NCBI GenBank assembly: GCA_964552045.1
Contig: CAZKFF010000008.1
Span: 1 to 54,515, forward strand
Length of the DNA: 54,515 nt
DNA from: an uncultured Candidatus Saccharibacteria bacterium
Lineage (GTDB): Bacteria; Patescibacteriota; Minisyncoccia; Phycocordibacterales; UBA918
Direction of reading: 5' to 3'
Made by a program: the position numbers and the translations under genes. This document shows positions 1-9,501 of the stretch, in pieces. The notes under the pieces were generated by a model. That model saw only the letters and a list, made by a program, of their open reading frames with translations, had not been told where the DNA came from and searched no databases. Every line of letters starts with the position of its first letter. The stretch's first letter is position 1.

Positions 1-121
1 AGCGCTTTGTCGGCCTCCGTCGGGGACGAAAGCTCAACGATGATGTCTTTGGCGGTCACCATGAAGCCATTGTAGTGAGTATGCGCGACATTGGCAACAC
101 GAAAGCTGGATCGCTTCGCGT

Positions 122-2476
122 CTATTGCTTAAGGAGCGCAATAGCGTCTTCCAGCGTAAAGTCCTCGAGTTTGGTGCTGTCAGGCAGCGATATGCGCTTG
201 AAGCCTTTGCGGAGATAGCGGCCGGATTTGGATTCGTACACATTGACCAACTTTTTGGTCTTCGGATGTACTCCGAGCTCCTTTACGAGCTTCTCACCTT
301 TGCGGCCCTGTTTCGGTTCGGCAAGTATCTGCAGCGCCCGCTCGTAGGTGATAGTGTAGGGATTGTCTTCGCCCTTGAGCGACCGGTAGTCTCCGGCGTG
401 CACAATGTACGGGCCGAACCGCCCGGTATTGGCCTGGATCGGCTCTCCTGTCTTCGGATGCACTCCGAGCTCACGGGGCAGCAACAGATACTGTACGGCT
501 TCTTCGAGCGTGACTGTGCTCGGGTCCTTGCCCTCCGGCAATGCGGCTCGCTTGGGCTTCGGTGCTTTTTTGTCTCCTTTCTCCGGATTCTTTCCGAGCT
601 GCACATACGGTCCGAAACGGCCATCGAGCACATAGATCGGCTCCCCGGTCTCTGGATGTTCGCCGATGGGTTCACCTTCCTTCAGTTCTGTCCCGTCAAT
701 AAGACGTGCGCCGTCGCATGCGGGGAAGTTGCTGCAGGAGAGGAATTTGCCGCTTCGCCCGAGCTTGATAACCATAGGCTTTCCGCACTTTGGGCAGGGA
801 AATTCCTTCGGGGCCTCTCCGAGATTGGTGAGCTTCTCAATGTCCTCTTTTGCTGCAACAGTCTTAGTAAACGGCTTGTAGAAGTCGCTCAGCACCGTTT
901 CATATTCCGCTGTGCCTTCGGCGATGGCGTCGAGCTTATCTTCCATGTCGCTTGTGAAATCATCCCCGATGTACTGTGCGAAATGTTCTTCGAGGAACGA
1001 TGAGACAACGTCACCCGTATCAGTCGGAATGAGCGTGCGTCCTTCTTTTACGGTATAGCCGCGGTCAGTGATGGTCTTCATGATTGATGCGTACGTGGAC
1101 GGTCGTCCAATGCCGCGTTTTTCAAGCTCTTTGATGAGCCCGGCTTCAGAATAGCGGTTTGGCGGCTGCGTCTGTCTTGCTTCGATCGTTATCTCTGCAA
1201 GCGTCAGCACATCGCCCTCGTTGAGTTTCGGCACCTCCGTATCCTCGCCGCGCGCTCCACTGTCAACGCGGAGCCATCCGTCGAACACCACGCGTGAACC
1301 GTTGACGCTGAAGTCAGGTATTTCCTCTGTGCTGTCGGTGATATTTGCGATGATCTTCGTGCGGAGTATCTTCGCATCAGCCATCTGAGAAGAGACGGCT
1401 CGCTTCCAGATGAGTTCATAGAGTGCTTTCTGGTCATGCGAATGACCCGCTGACGTGTGCGAAAAATTCGTCGGACGGATCGCTTCGTGTGCCTCCTGTG
1501 CTGACTTGCTTTTGGTCTTGTATGCATGGATATGCGCATACTCCTTGCCGTATTCTGTCTGCAGCAGCGCCGCGATCTGTTTGATCGCCACATCGCTCAT
1601 GTTCGTGCTGTCCGTACGCATATAGGTGATGAGTCCTGCCTCATAGAGCTTCTGCGCCGCTCCCATTGTCCTGCTCGGAGAAAAGCCGAGCCGCGTGGAT
1701 GCCGCCTGCTGCAGGGTTGATGTGGTGAACGGCGCGCGTGGCGCGCGCTTTGCCTCGGTTTCTTTTATGCCGACAACGTGCCAGCTGTTTTTTTCTCCGA
1801 TGTGTTTGATATGCTGCGCTTCCTCCTGCGTTTTCGGTTCTTCGGTGCAGGTGAAGGGAATAGACAGCCCGTCTTTGCTGGTGTGCGCGGTGAGTATAAA
1901 AAAATCTTCAGGAATGAAAGCCCGTATTTCCCGCTCGCGTTCCATGAGGATGCGCAGTGCCGGTGACTGCACGCGCCCTGCTGAAAGCCCGTAGCGCACT
2001 TTTTTCCAGATGAGGCCCGAAAGATCGTATCCGACCAGCCGGTCAAGGACGCGCCGCGCTTCCTGCGCCTCTTTGAGATTGTCGTTTATGTCCCGCGGAT
2101 GGGTGATCGCCTCTTTGACCGCATCCTCGGTGATCTCATGGAAGACGATCCGCTTCTGGTTCGGGTTCTCCTTCTTGATGAGTTCTGCCACATGCCAGGC
2201 GATCGCCTCACCCTCCCGGTCGGGGTCGGACGCGAGCAGTACCTCATCAGCTTTCTTCGCCTCGCGCCGAAGTTCGGCAATGACCTTCTCTTTGCCTGGC
2301 GAGACAATGTAATGCGGCACGAAACCGCCCTCAATATCGACGGCGTCCTTGTTGCTTTTTGGCAGATCACGGACGTGGCCAATCGAAGAGCGTACCGTAT
2401 ATCCTTCACCAAGGTATTTTTCAATAGTTTTCGCCTTTGCCGGCGATTCCACGATAACAAGTGTCTTTTTTCCCAT
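122..2476 (-). CDS. topA: DNA topoisomerase I (type IA)
   Basis: ORF 122..2494(-). Toprim N-terminus MGKKTLVIVESPAKAKTIEKYLG..GHVRDLP and C-terminal Cys4 zinc ribbon (CPKCGK..CSNFPAC). First ATG is at 2476; the 2494 start is TTG. Confidence 0.95.
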   Translation of the reverse strand: MGKKTLVIVESPAKAKTIEKYLGEGYTVRSSIGHVRDLPKSNKDAVDIEGGFVPHYIVSPGKEKVIAELRREAKKADEVLLASDPDREGEAIAWHVAELIKKENPNQKRIVFHEITEDAVKEAITHPRDINDNLKEAQEARRVLDRLVGYDLSGLIWKKVRYGLSAGRVQSPALRILMEREREIRAFIPEDFFILTAHTSKDGLSIPFTCTEEPKTQEEAQHIKHIGEKNSWHVVGIKETEAKRAPRAPFTTSTLQQAASTRLGFSPSRTMGAAQKLYEAGLITYMRTDSTNMSDVAIKQIAALLQTEYGKEYAHIHAYKTKSKSAQEAHEAIRPTNFSHTSAGHSHDQKALYELIWKRAVSSQMADAKILRTKIIANITDSTEEIPDFSVNGSRVVFDGWLRVDSGARGEDTEVPKLNEGDVLTLAEITIEARQTQPPNRYSEAGLIKELEKRGIGRPSTYASIMKTITDRGYTVKEGRTLIPTDTGDVVSSFLEEHFAQYIGDDFTSDMEDKLDAIAEGTAEYETVLSDFYKPFTKTVAAKEDIEKLTNLGEAPKEFPCPKCGKPMVIKLGRSGKFLSCSNFPACDGARLIDGTELKEGEPIGEHPETGEPIYVLDGRFGPYVQLGKNPEKGDKKAPKPKRAALPEGKDPSTVTLEEAVQYLLLPRELGVHPKTGEPIQANTGRFGPYIVHAGDYRSLKGEDNPYTITYERALQILAEPKQGRKGEKLVKELGVHPKTKKLVNVYESKSGRYLRKGFKRISLPDSTKLEDFTLEDAIALLKQ

Positions 2477-2516
2477 GTGTAGTAGTGCTAACAAATACTA
2501 CCCTTACATATATATG

Positions 2517-3395
2517 TCAAATAACAGCACGGTATTCATTCTGATCGCAGACAAGGAGACCCTTGATCTCCATCTGCATTAAGAGCGCATTTGCCTCCCG
2601 TGCTTCAAGCTGCAGTAGCCGGATGAGCGCATCCCGGCTGGTCGGTTCGTGCAGGTGCTGCAGCACCTGTATTTCCGCAGGCGAAAGTTCTTGTAGATGT
2701 CGATGACGCGGCTGCTTCTGTTCTTTCTGAGGATCGATATTGAGTGCATCAAGTATGTCGTGCGCATGCGTGACAGGACTCGCTCCGAGCTTCAGGAACT
2801 GGTGCGCTCCGGCGCTGTTTGAAGAAAAGATGCTTCCCGGTACGACAAGGAGCTCGCGGTTGTAATCGGCAGCAAGACGCGCAGTGATAAGCGTGCCCGA
2901 TTTCTCACCGGCTTCGATGACGAGCGTGGCGTGGGCGATGCCGGCCATGATGCGGTTGCGCTGCGCGAAGGACCACATCGTTGCCTTAAACAGGGGCTCG
3001 AATTCCGAAAGCAGACCGCCGCCTTCCTCAAGGATCCTCCGTGCGAGCGGCTTGTGCGACGCGGGGTACATGACGCTTGCATCGAGACCCGACCCAGGTA
3101 CAGCAAGCGTATAGAGCCTGTGTCGGAGCGCAGCTTCGTGGGCGAGCGAATCGATCCCGAGCGCGAGACCCGAGACAATGCCCACAGGATATCCTTCAAG
3201 TCCGGCGATGAGATGCTCGACCACCTGCTTGCCGTAGGTGGTGTATTTGCGCGAGCCGACCACAGAAATGAGCTTGAGTTCCGCAGGAGGCAGCGCACCG
3301 CGATGGAAAATCCGGGCGGGAGTTTGGGGGATCTCCATAAGGAGCGGCGGAAAAAGATCAGGGGAAAGCTCGTGGATGGGAAAGGACGAGGACAT
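2517..3395 (-). CDS. dprA: DNA processing protein DprA (Smf)
   Basis: ORF 2517..3431(-). Core VVGSRKYTTYGKQVVEHLIAGL..GIVSGLALGIDSLAHEAAL is typical of DprA. The 3431 start is TTG and the first ATG is at 3395. Lies 40 nt upstream of topA on the same strand. Confidence 0.9.
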   Translation of the reverse strand: MSSSFPIHELSPDLFPPLLMEIPQTPARIFHRGALPPAELKLISVVGSRKYTTYGKQVVEHLIAGLEGYPVGIVSGLALGIDSLAHEAALRHRLYTLAVPGSGLDASVMYPASHKPLARRILEEGGGLLSEFEPLFKATMWSFAQRNRIMAGIAHATLVIEAGEKSGTLITARLAADYNRELLVVPGSIFSSNSAGAHQFLKLGASPVTHAHDILDALNIDPQKEQKQPRHRHLQELSPAEIQVLQHLHEPTSRDALIRLLQLEAREANALLMQMEIKGLLVCDQNEYRAVI

Positions 3396-3472
3396 GAAAA
3401 AAGTGTACCATGACTCGTTTTTTGGGCTCAACCGTGTATAATCCTAAGGTTATCAATGCTCATACGTACGCA

Positions 3473-4735
3473 ATGTTAGACATTAAATTCATCCGCGAAA
3501 ATCTTGATATCGTCAAGATGGCAGCCACAAAGAAACACATCACAGTCGATCTCGACCGTTTGGTTGCTGTCGATGATTCGCGGCGCGAGCTGATGTCTTC
3601 CATCGAGTCCAAAAAAGCGGAACAAAATACAGTGACCGCGCAGATCGCCCGCACACAGGACGCCGCAGAGCGCGAACGATTGATCACGCAGATGCAGGAG
3701 CACAAGGCAGGGATCGCGCAGGAGGAGGAGGAGCTCAAACCCATCTTGCAGGAGTGGCAGGAACTTATGCTCCAGGTGCCGAACATTCCGGATATGTCCG
3801 TTCCCGACGGGGACAGCGACGAAGACAATGTCGAGATCAAGACGTGGGGAGAGAAGCCGAACTTCGGATTCACTCCGAAAGACCATGTAGAGATCATGAC
3901 GAAGCTCAATATGGTCGATTTCGAGCGCGGCGCGAAGGTGCATGGTTTCCGCGGGTACTATCTGCGCGGCGACGGGGCAAAGCTCTCTTGGGCGATCTGG
4001 AATTATGCCAATGATTTCTTCACAAAGAAGGGCTTTGAACAGCTTCTTGTTCCTGCCATTGTCCGCAAGAGCAACCTCTATGGCACGGGACACCTGCCGA
4101 ACGAAGCCGAGGATGTGTACAAAACGCAGGACGATGATTACCTGATCGGTACGAGCGAAGTCTCGACCATGGGCATGTACGCCGATGAGGTGCTCGAGAA
4201 GAAAGAGCTTCCGATCCGGCATTTGTCGTTCTCTCCATGCTTTCGCCGCGAGGCGGGCAGCCACGGCAAGGATACACGAGGGCTCATCCGCGTGCATGAG
4301 TTCTACAAAGTGGAACAGGTGGTCATCTGTGAAGCATCACATGAGGAATCGGTAAAATTCCATGAGGAGCTCAACCGCAATACCGAGGAATTCATCGAGT
4401 CGCTCGGTATCCCGTACCGCACGGTGTTAAACTGCGGCGGCGATATCGGCCAGGGCCAGGTGAAGAAATACGACATCGAACTGTGGGTGCCGCTTGAAGA
4501 GAAATACCGTGAGATCAGCTCGGCATCATATTTTCACGATTTCCAGACGCGTCGTTTCAATATCCGCTACAAGGATGAGGAGGGCAAGATGCGTTACGCC
4601 CATTCGCTCAACTGTACAGCGATTCCGACCCCGCGCATCCTTGTGTCGCTCATCGAGAATTTCCAGGAGGAGAACGGCACGGTTCGCGTGCCGCAGGCAC
4701 TTGCTGCCTACATGGGCAAAGAGATCATCGGCTAA
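3473..4735 (+). CDS. serS: seryl-tRNA synthetase
   Basis: MLDIKFIRENLD.. N-terminal coiled coil and class II core (FRREAGSHGKDTRGLIRVHEF, SLNCTAIPTPR). ATG at 3473 lies inside ORF 3410..4735. Confidence 0.95.
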   Translation: MLDIKFIRENLDIVKMAATKKHITVDLDRLVAVDDSRRELMSSIESKKAEQNTVTAQIARTQDAAERERLITQMQEHKAGIAQEEEELKPILQEWQELMLQVPNIPDMSVPDGDSDEDNVEIKTWGEKPNFGFTPKDHVEIMTKLNMVDFERGAKVHGFRGYYLRGDGAKLSWAIWNYANDFFTKKGFEQLLVPAIVRKSNLYGTGHLPNEAEDVYKTQDDDYLIGTSEVSTMGMYADEVLEKKELPIRHLSFSPCFRREAGSHGKDTRGLIRVHEFYKVEQVVICEASHEESVKFHEELNRNTEEFIESLGIPYRTVLNCGGDIGQGQVKKYDIELWVPLEEKYREISSASYFHDFQTRRFNIRYKDEEGKMRYAHSLNCTAIPTPRILVSLIENFQEENGTVRVPQALAAYMGKEIIG

Positions 4736-4736
4736 T

Positions 4737-4766
4737 ACAAAAACGGGGCGTGAGCCCTGTTTTTGT
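4737..4766 (+). terminator. intrinsic terminator after serS
   Basis: ACAAAAACGGGGC-GTGA-GCCCTGTTTTTGT, a 13-bp stem with one G-U pair; the 3' arm ends in a T-run. Confidence 0.7.
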
Positions 4767-4790
4767 ATTGCATGTGCTACCATACAAGCG

Positions 4791-5672
4791 ATGAAGTTCT
4801 CCAAGAAAAAACCCCGCAAGACGCGATACTGGCAGCTCACGCCGCTCCAGAAGCAGCTCATCGCAGGAGCGGTCATTCTCGTGGCTGTCAGTCTGATTAT
4901 CACTGCAGTGTATTACGCGTCGCGCATTGATTCGCTGCAGATACGGGAGGTGTCTGTTGTCGGAGGCGAGACCATTCCGCACTCGCTCATTGAGGATACG
5001 GTCAGACAGGAACTCGCGGGGACGTATATGCACCTTATCCCGAAACAGTTCATGCCGCTGTATCCGAAAGATCGGATACACGAACGCGTCGCTGCGCTCG
5101 ATCGGGTGAAGAACGTGCACGTGGAGCTCGGGGGCAACCAGACGCTCATTGTCGCCTTCGATGAGTATGTGCCGTATGCGCTCTGGTGCGAACATCCTGA
5201 TTCGCGCGCCTGTCTTTTCATTGATGCAACCGGCTATGCGTTCGCCGCTTCTCCGGCTCTTTTGGGAAGCGCCTTCGTCCGCTACACACAGGAGGGCGTT
5301 GCGCCTGCAGTGGACACATCCGGATTCGACCGCTCGTTTATTGAACAATCGGAAACTTTCATACAGCAGCTGGAACAGCAGCTCGATCTGTATGTCACGC
5401 ACGTGATCAGGCGCGGAGCATATGACGTCGATTACACAATAGCCGGAGGCGGGGTTATCAAGGTGTCTCAGTCTGTGCCGATGCAGGAAAGCTTTGAAAA
5501 TCTGCAGACGATTCTGCTGTCTGACGAGTTCAAACACATTGCCCCCGGTTCGTTCCAGTACATCGACCTGCGGTTCGGTGAAAAGATATTTGTAAACGAA
5601 GAAGTCGCCGCACCTGCAGAAGCAAATGCGACGACTATACAGGAGGAAGGTGTGCCATCTGAGTCTGAGTAG
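4791..5672 (+). CDS. FtsQ/DivIB-like cell division protein (N-terminal TM plus POTRA-like region)
   Basis: ATG at 4791 in ORF 4494..5672. MKFSKKKPRK.. then TM LIAGAVILVAVSLIITAVYY, then IREVSVVGGETIPHSLIEDTVRQEL, which is POTRA-like. Confidence 0.6.
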   Translation: MKFSKKKPRKTRYWQLTPLQKQLIAGAVILVAVSLIITAVYYASRIDSLQIREVSVVGGETIPHSLIEDTVRQELAGTYMHLIPKQFMPLYPKDRIHERVAALDRVKNVHVELGGNQTLIVAFDEYVPYALWCEHPDSRACLFIDATGYAFAASPALLGSAFVRYTQEGVAPAVDTSGFDRSFIEQSETFIQQLEQQLDLYVTHVIRRGAYDVDYTIAGGGVIKVSQSVPMQESFENLQTILLSDEFKHIAPGSFQYIDLRFGEKIFVNEEVAAPAEANATTIQEEGVPSESE

Positions 5673-5673
5673 C

Positions 5674-5874
5674 TCAGTCGTACCCTACCGCCAGCACGAT
5701 GATGGCGAACGTAACTGCGGCGCTTGCGAGAGCCATTCCGCCGATGCCCACAACCGACCCGATCAGTGGCGACGCGTGAGTGTACAGGTACGGCGCCGTC
5801 CAGAGACCGCTTGTCAGCGCAATGGCGGAGACAGCGAAGAGCTGCGCTGCCGATTTGATGCGTTGTATCATCAT
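5674..5874 (-). CDS. small hydrophobic protein (2 predicted TM), unknown function
   Basis: 66-aa ORF with two hydrophobic stretches. GGGAG sits 5 nt upstream of the ATG on the minus strand. Confidence 0.5.
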   Translation of the reverse strand: MMIQRIKSAAQLFAVSAIALTSGLWTAPYLYTHASPLIGSVVGIGGMALASAAVTFAIIVLAVGYD

Positions 5875-5941
5875 GACATCTCCCAGGTATGATTGACTTG
5901 TTCCAGCATTAACCCTACTCTTATCACCTCAAAAGTAAAGT

Positions 5942-6955
5942 ATGTCTTTCTGGGAAAAATTACAGCCGCCGTTTTTTGTGCTCGCGCCGATGGCGGACGT
6001 CACCGACGCGCCGTTTCGGCGTATGATCGCCAAGTATTCGGCACACGAACGCGATGACGGCACCGTGGGCGGTCCGGACGTCATGTGGACCGAGTTCGTC
6101 TCTGCGGATGGTCTTCTGCGCGCAACACCCGAAGGGAAAGAGAAGCTCATGAAGGATCTCCTCTACAGCGAGGAGGAGCGTCCGATTGTCGCCCAACTCT
6201 TCACCTCGAACCCCGAGCATATGGAGCAGGCCGCGGCACTGTGCCGCGAGCTTGGGTTCGACGGCATCGATATCAATATGGGCTGTCCGGACCGTTCGAT
6301 AGAAAAACAGGGTTGCGGGTCGGCGATGATCAAGAATCCCCAAAACGCCAAAGCGGTCATTGAGGCTGCCAAAAGAGGCGCGGGCGAATTGCCGGTATCA
6401 GTGAAGACGCGTCTCGGCTACAAAGAGGATCAGCTTGAAGAATGGCTTCCACATCTGCTCTCCTGCTCGCCTGCGGCTGTGACGATCCATGCGCGCACGC
6501 GCAAAGAGATGTCGAAGGTGCCTGCTCGCTGGGAGCGGGTGAAGCGGGCGGTTGAGATCCGCGACGAGCAGGGAAGCAATACGCTCATTCTCGGCAATGG
6601 CGACGTACTCTCGCTTGAGGACGCCCGGACAAAAGCGCATGAGACAGGCGCAAACGGGGTCATGCTCGGGCGGGCGATCTTCGGCAATCCATGGCTCTTC
6701 CATCCAGAGAAGGATCTCTCGAACGTCACGCTTGAAGAACGATTTGCAGTAATGCTCGAGCATACACGATTATTTGAAGAACTGTTGCCGCACAAGAACT
6801 TCGCCATCATGAAAAAACACTACAAAGCGTATGTGAACGGCTTTAACGGTGCCAAAGAACTCCGCAATGAACTTATGGACTGTGCAAATGCCCAGGAAAT
6901 GGCTCAAAAGATAGATATTTTTATGACGTCAAACGGTACACAACAGGACATTTAA
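5942..6955 (+). CDS. dus: tRNA-dihydrouridine synthase
   Basis: FFVLAPMADVTDAPFRRM.., DINMGCP, VSVKTRLG and TIHARTR motifs of the Dus family. Confidence 0.9.
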   Translation: MSFWEKLQPPFFVLAPMADVTDAPFRRMIAKYSAHERDDGTVGGPDVMWTEFVSADGLLRATPEGKEKLMKDLLYSEEERPIVAQLFTSNPEHMEQAAALCRELGFDGIDINMGCPDRSIEKQGCGSAMIKNPQNAKAVIEAAKRGAGELPVSVKTRLGYKEDQLEEWLPHLLSCSPAAVTIHARTRKEMSKVPARWERVKRAVEIRDEQGSNTLILGNGDVLSLEDARTKAHETGANGVMLGRAIFGNPWLFHPEKDLSNVTLEERFAVMLEHTRLFEELLPHKNFAIMKKHYKAYVNGFNGAKELRNELMDCANAQEMAQKIDIFMTSNGTQQDI

Positions 6956-7023
6956 TTGCTTTTGTCAATAGAAAGCGTATACTTGAGTGGTGCTTCAGGG
7001 GGAAGCACAGAAAGGAGACTCAA

Positions 7024-7545
7024 TTGATCTTGAGCCATACTAAACTCTTGGCGGCAACTGCCGCAGGTGTGCTCATTGCAGCCTGTGCCGGAGTCGCCGC
7101 GTTCTTCCCGACGTGGTCGCATGCTGATGAGGTGCCACCGGATGGGTACGCGCTTGCGTGTCCGTCTGAAGCACTGCTGCAGCGGCTCCTGATCGGGGAG
7201 TTCACGGAAGCGAACCGGGTGTGCAGCCTCGTCCTCTTTGTGGAGGTCGAGCTCAACATCCCGGTGCGGGACGTCTTCGGCGACACCTATGACGCGTGGT
7301 TTGCGCATCTGGTGGATGATCCGTCGCAGACGCTTCCGGAAGTGCATCTGTCGATGATGAAAATTGCCGGATTGCGTGCATACGCAGCCTGGCCGCTTTC
7401 GTTCGTTGACGAGCACTGGCTCGACGAAGATGCGATGGCGCAAAACGCCATCACGTTCGGCCTCCAGTTCGAGGCATTCGACTCGTGGGAGCCGGCTCTC
7501 CCGGGATACTTCGGGGATCCGGTCATGGTCGCGAGTACGCAGTAG
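7024..7545 (+). CDS. hypothetical secreted protein
   Basis: TTG start preceded by AAAGGAGA. Signal-like LLAATAAGVLIAACAGVAA. Followed by a hairpin terminator. No family recognised. Confidence 0.5.
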   Translation: MILSHTKLLAATAAGVLIAACAGVAAFFPTWSHADEVPPDGYALACPSEALLQRLLIGEFTEANRVCSLVLFVEVELNIPVRDVFGDTYDAWFAHLVDDPSQTLPEVHLSMMKIAGLRAYAAWPLSFVDEHWLDEDAMAQNAITFGLQFEAFDSWEPALPGYFGDPVMVASTQ

Positions 7546-7586
7546 TAACAACAAGGGTACACAGGGAAAAATGGCGTCACAACGCT

Positions 7587-7618
7587 GAGCCATGGTGCGT
7601 ACACACGTGCCATGGCTC
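7587..7618 (+). terminator. hairpin terminator
   Basis: GAGCCATGG..N14..CCATGGCTC followed by TTATTTT. Confidence 0.55.
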
Positions 7619-7643
7619 TTATTTTGTGTATAGCTCATATGAA

Positions 7644-7668
7644 CTGAAGTACTATTTCTGTACTTCAG
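7644..7668 (+). terminator. second perfect 9-bp hairpin (terminator or leader element)
   Basis: CTGAAGTAC-TATTTCT-GTACTTCAG. Confidence 0.35.
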
Positions 7669-7753
7669 AAGGTTGTTTGAAATTTTGCATAAACTATCAA
7701 CAACCTGTACAGCATCTGTAAGATGGACAGAGTCTGTAAGGTATACTGTATAT

Positions 7754-8050
7754 ATGAGCGAGATATTGCAAGCGAACATTTTCTTCGTGATCACAAGCGT
7801 CGCAGTGTTGGTATTCACATTGTTTGTCTGTGTCATTCTCTTCCACGTCATCAAGATCCTGAAGTCGATCCGAACGATCGTTTCTCGTGTTGAAGAAGGG
7901 AGCGAGCTGATAGCAGAAGACATGTCACAGCTGCGGAGCTATGTACTCGAAGGGAGTCTTGTCTCGCAGATAATGGGGTTTTTCCTCGGGAAGAGAGCGC
8001 GCAGAGCTCCTTCGCCGCGGAAGAGCAAGGACGTTACAAGTGAAGATTAA
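7754..8050 (+). CDS. small membrane protein with basic C-terminal tail
   Basis: ATG at 7754 in ORF 7673..8050. TM IFFVITSVAVLVFTLFVCVILFHVI. Confidence 0.5.
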   Translation: MSEILQANIFFVITSVAVLVFTLFVCVILFHVIKILKSIRTIVSRVEEGSELIAEDMSQLRSYVLEGSLVSQIMGFFLGKRARRAPSPRKSKDVTSED

Positions 8051-8060
8051 AAAATAAGAT

Positions 8061-8561
8061 ATGGCAAACAAAAAGTCAGATATTTCTAATGCACAAAAAC
8101 TCGGTATCGGTGTTGGTCTCACAACCGCAGCCGTCGCTGCAGTTGGTGCTTATTTTTTATACGGCAGCAAGGATGCGGCCAAGAACCGCAAGAAGGTGAA
8201 GAGCTGGGCATTGAAGGCAAAGGGAGAAGTGCTTGAAGCCCTGGAGAATGCCGAAAAGATAACGGAAGGCGAGTTTAGGGAACTTGTGGACGGGGTGGTT
8301 GCGACCTATGCCAAAGGTCAGAAGCTCACCAAGAGAGAACTTGCTGAGTTCAAGGCCGAGATGGCAGACAACTGGCAGGATCTTGTGAAGAGCGGCGTTA
8401 CTAAGGTATTCGGACAGACCGTCACCGCTTCAGTGGCAAAGAAGGCTCCGGCAAAAAGATCAGGTAAGAGTACACCAAAGAAGGCTTCTGCAAAAAAGGC
8501 TGCGAAAGCGCCTGCGAAAAAAGCATCAGCGAAGAAGGCTTCCGCAAAGAAAGCAGGTTAA
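8061..8561 (+). CDS. membrane-anchored YtxH-like protein with Lys/Ala-rich (histone-H1-like) C-terminal tail
   Basis: N-terminal TM LGIGVGLTTAAVAAVGAYFLYGS, a helical region, then AKKAPAKRSGKSTPKKASAKKAAKAPAKKASAKKASAKKAG. Confidence 0.6.
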   Translation: MANKKSDISNAQKLGIGVGLTTAAVAAVGAYFLYGSKDAAKNRKKVKSWALKAKGEVLEALENAEKITEGEFRELVDGVVATYAKGQKLTKRELAEFKAEMADNWQDLVKSGVTKVFGQTVTASVAKKAPAKRSGKSTPKKASAKKAAKAPAKKASAKKASAKKAG

Positions 8562-8574
8562 TGCACAGAAATGT

Positions 8575-8613
8575 AATAACGCGGCAGGCACCTTTGGTGC
8601 CTGCCGCGTTATT
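8575..8613 (+). terminator. intrinsic terminator (18-bp perfect stem)
   Basis: AATAACGCGGCAGGCACC-TTT-GGTGCCTGCCGCGTTATT. Confidence 0.8.
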
Positions 8614-9483
8614 ATGTGTGAGATGTTCAAGACCGCGCTCGGGCGCATCACTATTCTTTTTATTGTCATCGTAGCGTTCTGCTTCGGCATGCTCCTGATC
8701 GCCGCCTGGAGCGTTGAGGATGCGCTCAATTACACGCCGCAGCTCTCTGTGTCTTCCTTCGATGCCACGGCGTCGGATGCGGCAGCCTTTGTCGTATTCG
8801 ACCTCCAGAGCGGAACAGAGATCGCGTCACGCAATGCTTCAGAACTGCGGCCGATCGCTTCGCTCACGAAGCTCGTGGCAGCCTCGGTGTTTTATGAGCA
8901 CGCGGACATGCTCGCTTCAACGACCATCACCTTAGCTGATGTGCAAACCGAAAGCAGCGCAGGCAGGCTCGCATACGGAGAAGAGTATGGATACCACGAG
9001 CTGCTCTATCCGCTGCTGTTAGAGTCGTCCAATGACGCTGCATCGGTCATGCTGCGGGTTGAGCCGGAGCTTCTGTCGCTCATGAATGCCTATGCAGAAT
9101 CGCTTGGAGCATCCAATACTTATTTTTCTGACACATCGGGACTTTCCGCGGAGAATGTATCTACCGCGTATGAGCTTGCACTTATTGCCCGCGACCTCTA
9201 CGGCAAGGAACCGCACATATACGACATTACCCGCCTGCCGCAGTATATCGGTACGCATACAGGCTGGCTCAACAACAACCCATTTGTCAATGAAGAGGGA
9301 TACGTCGGCGGTAAGCATGGCTACACCTATGAGGCGAACCGCACGGGCATTTCATTCTTCAATGAAGTGCTTCAGAACGGCGCAGTGCGCACCATCGGCT
9401 ACGTCGTCCTCGGGAGTGCGGACCTGCACACAGATGTCGCTGCCTTGCGGGAAGAGGTGCACAAAAGCGTCTTCCTGCAGTGA
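8614..9483 (+). CDS. D-alanyl-D-alanine carboxypeptidase (serine peptidase S11, PBP5-like)
   Basis: SxxK (ASLTKL), SxN (ESSNDAA) and KxG-like (GGKHGYT) motifs, with an N-terminal TM. Confidence 0.8.
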   Translation: MCEMFKTALGRITILFIVIVAFCFGMLLIAAWSVEDALNYTPQLSVSSFDATASDAAAFVVFDLQSGTEIASRNASELRPIASLTKLVAASVFYEHADMLASTTITLADVQTESSAGRLAYGEEYGYHELLYPLLLESSNDAASVMLRVEPELLSLMNAYAESLGASNTYFSDTSGLSAENVSTAYELALIARDLYGKEPHIYDITRLPQYIGTHTGWLNNNPFVNEEGYVGGKHGYTYEANRTGISFFNEVLQNGAVRTIGYVVLGSADLHTDVAALREEVHKSVFLQ

Positions 9484-9492
9484 TGGTATACT
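9484..9492 (+). promoter_or_regulatory. putative extended -10 box (TGgTATACT) 9 nt upstream of the dnaX ATG
   Basis: TGGTATACT at 9484-9492 and ATG at 9502, with no SD between them. Confidence 0.4.
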
Positions 9493-9501
9493 AGGCTCTG
9501 T

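Noticed and set aside
1-62. Possible 5' end of a minus-strand CDS running off the window (MVTAKDIIVELSSPTEADKA..)
   Set aside because: Only 20 codons are visible, with no clear RBS or promoter, so it cannot be supported.
125-1003. 292-aa + strand ORF and other ORFs antisense to topA, serS (3476..4297), htrA (35768..36628), hsp20/PEBP (36742..37530), the copCD fusion (45290..45901), the YHYH-like gene (52867..53751) and the exonuclease (53782..54378)
   Set aside because: Each lies opposite a confidently identified conserved gene and has no recognisable domain.
6952-7923. 323-aa ORF on the minus strand
   Set aside because: It runs antisense through two + strand ORFs and straight across two hairpin terminators. 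It is Arg/Cys-rich and low-complexity, with no signal sequence or recognisable motif. The + strand genes have an RBS and a signal peptide.
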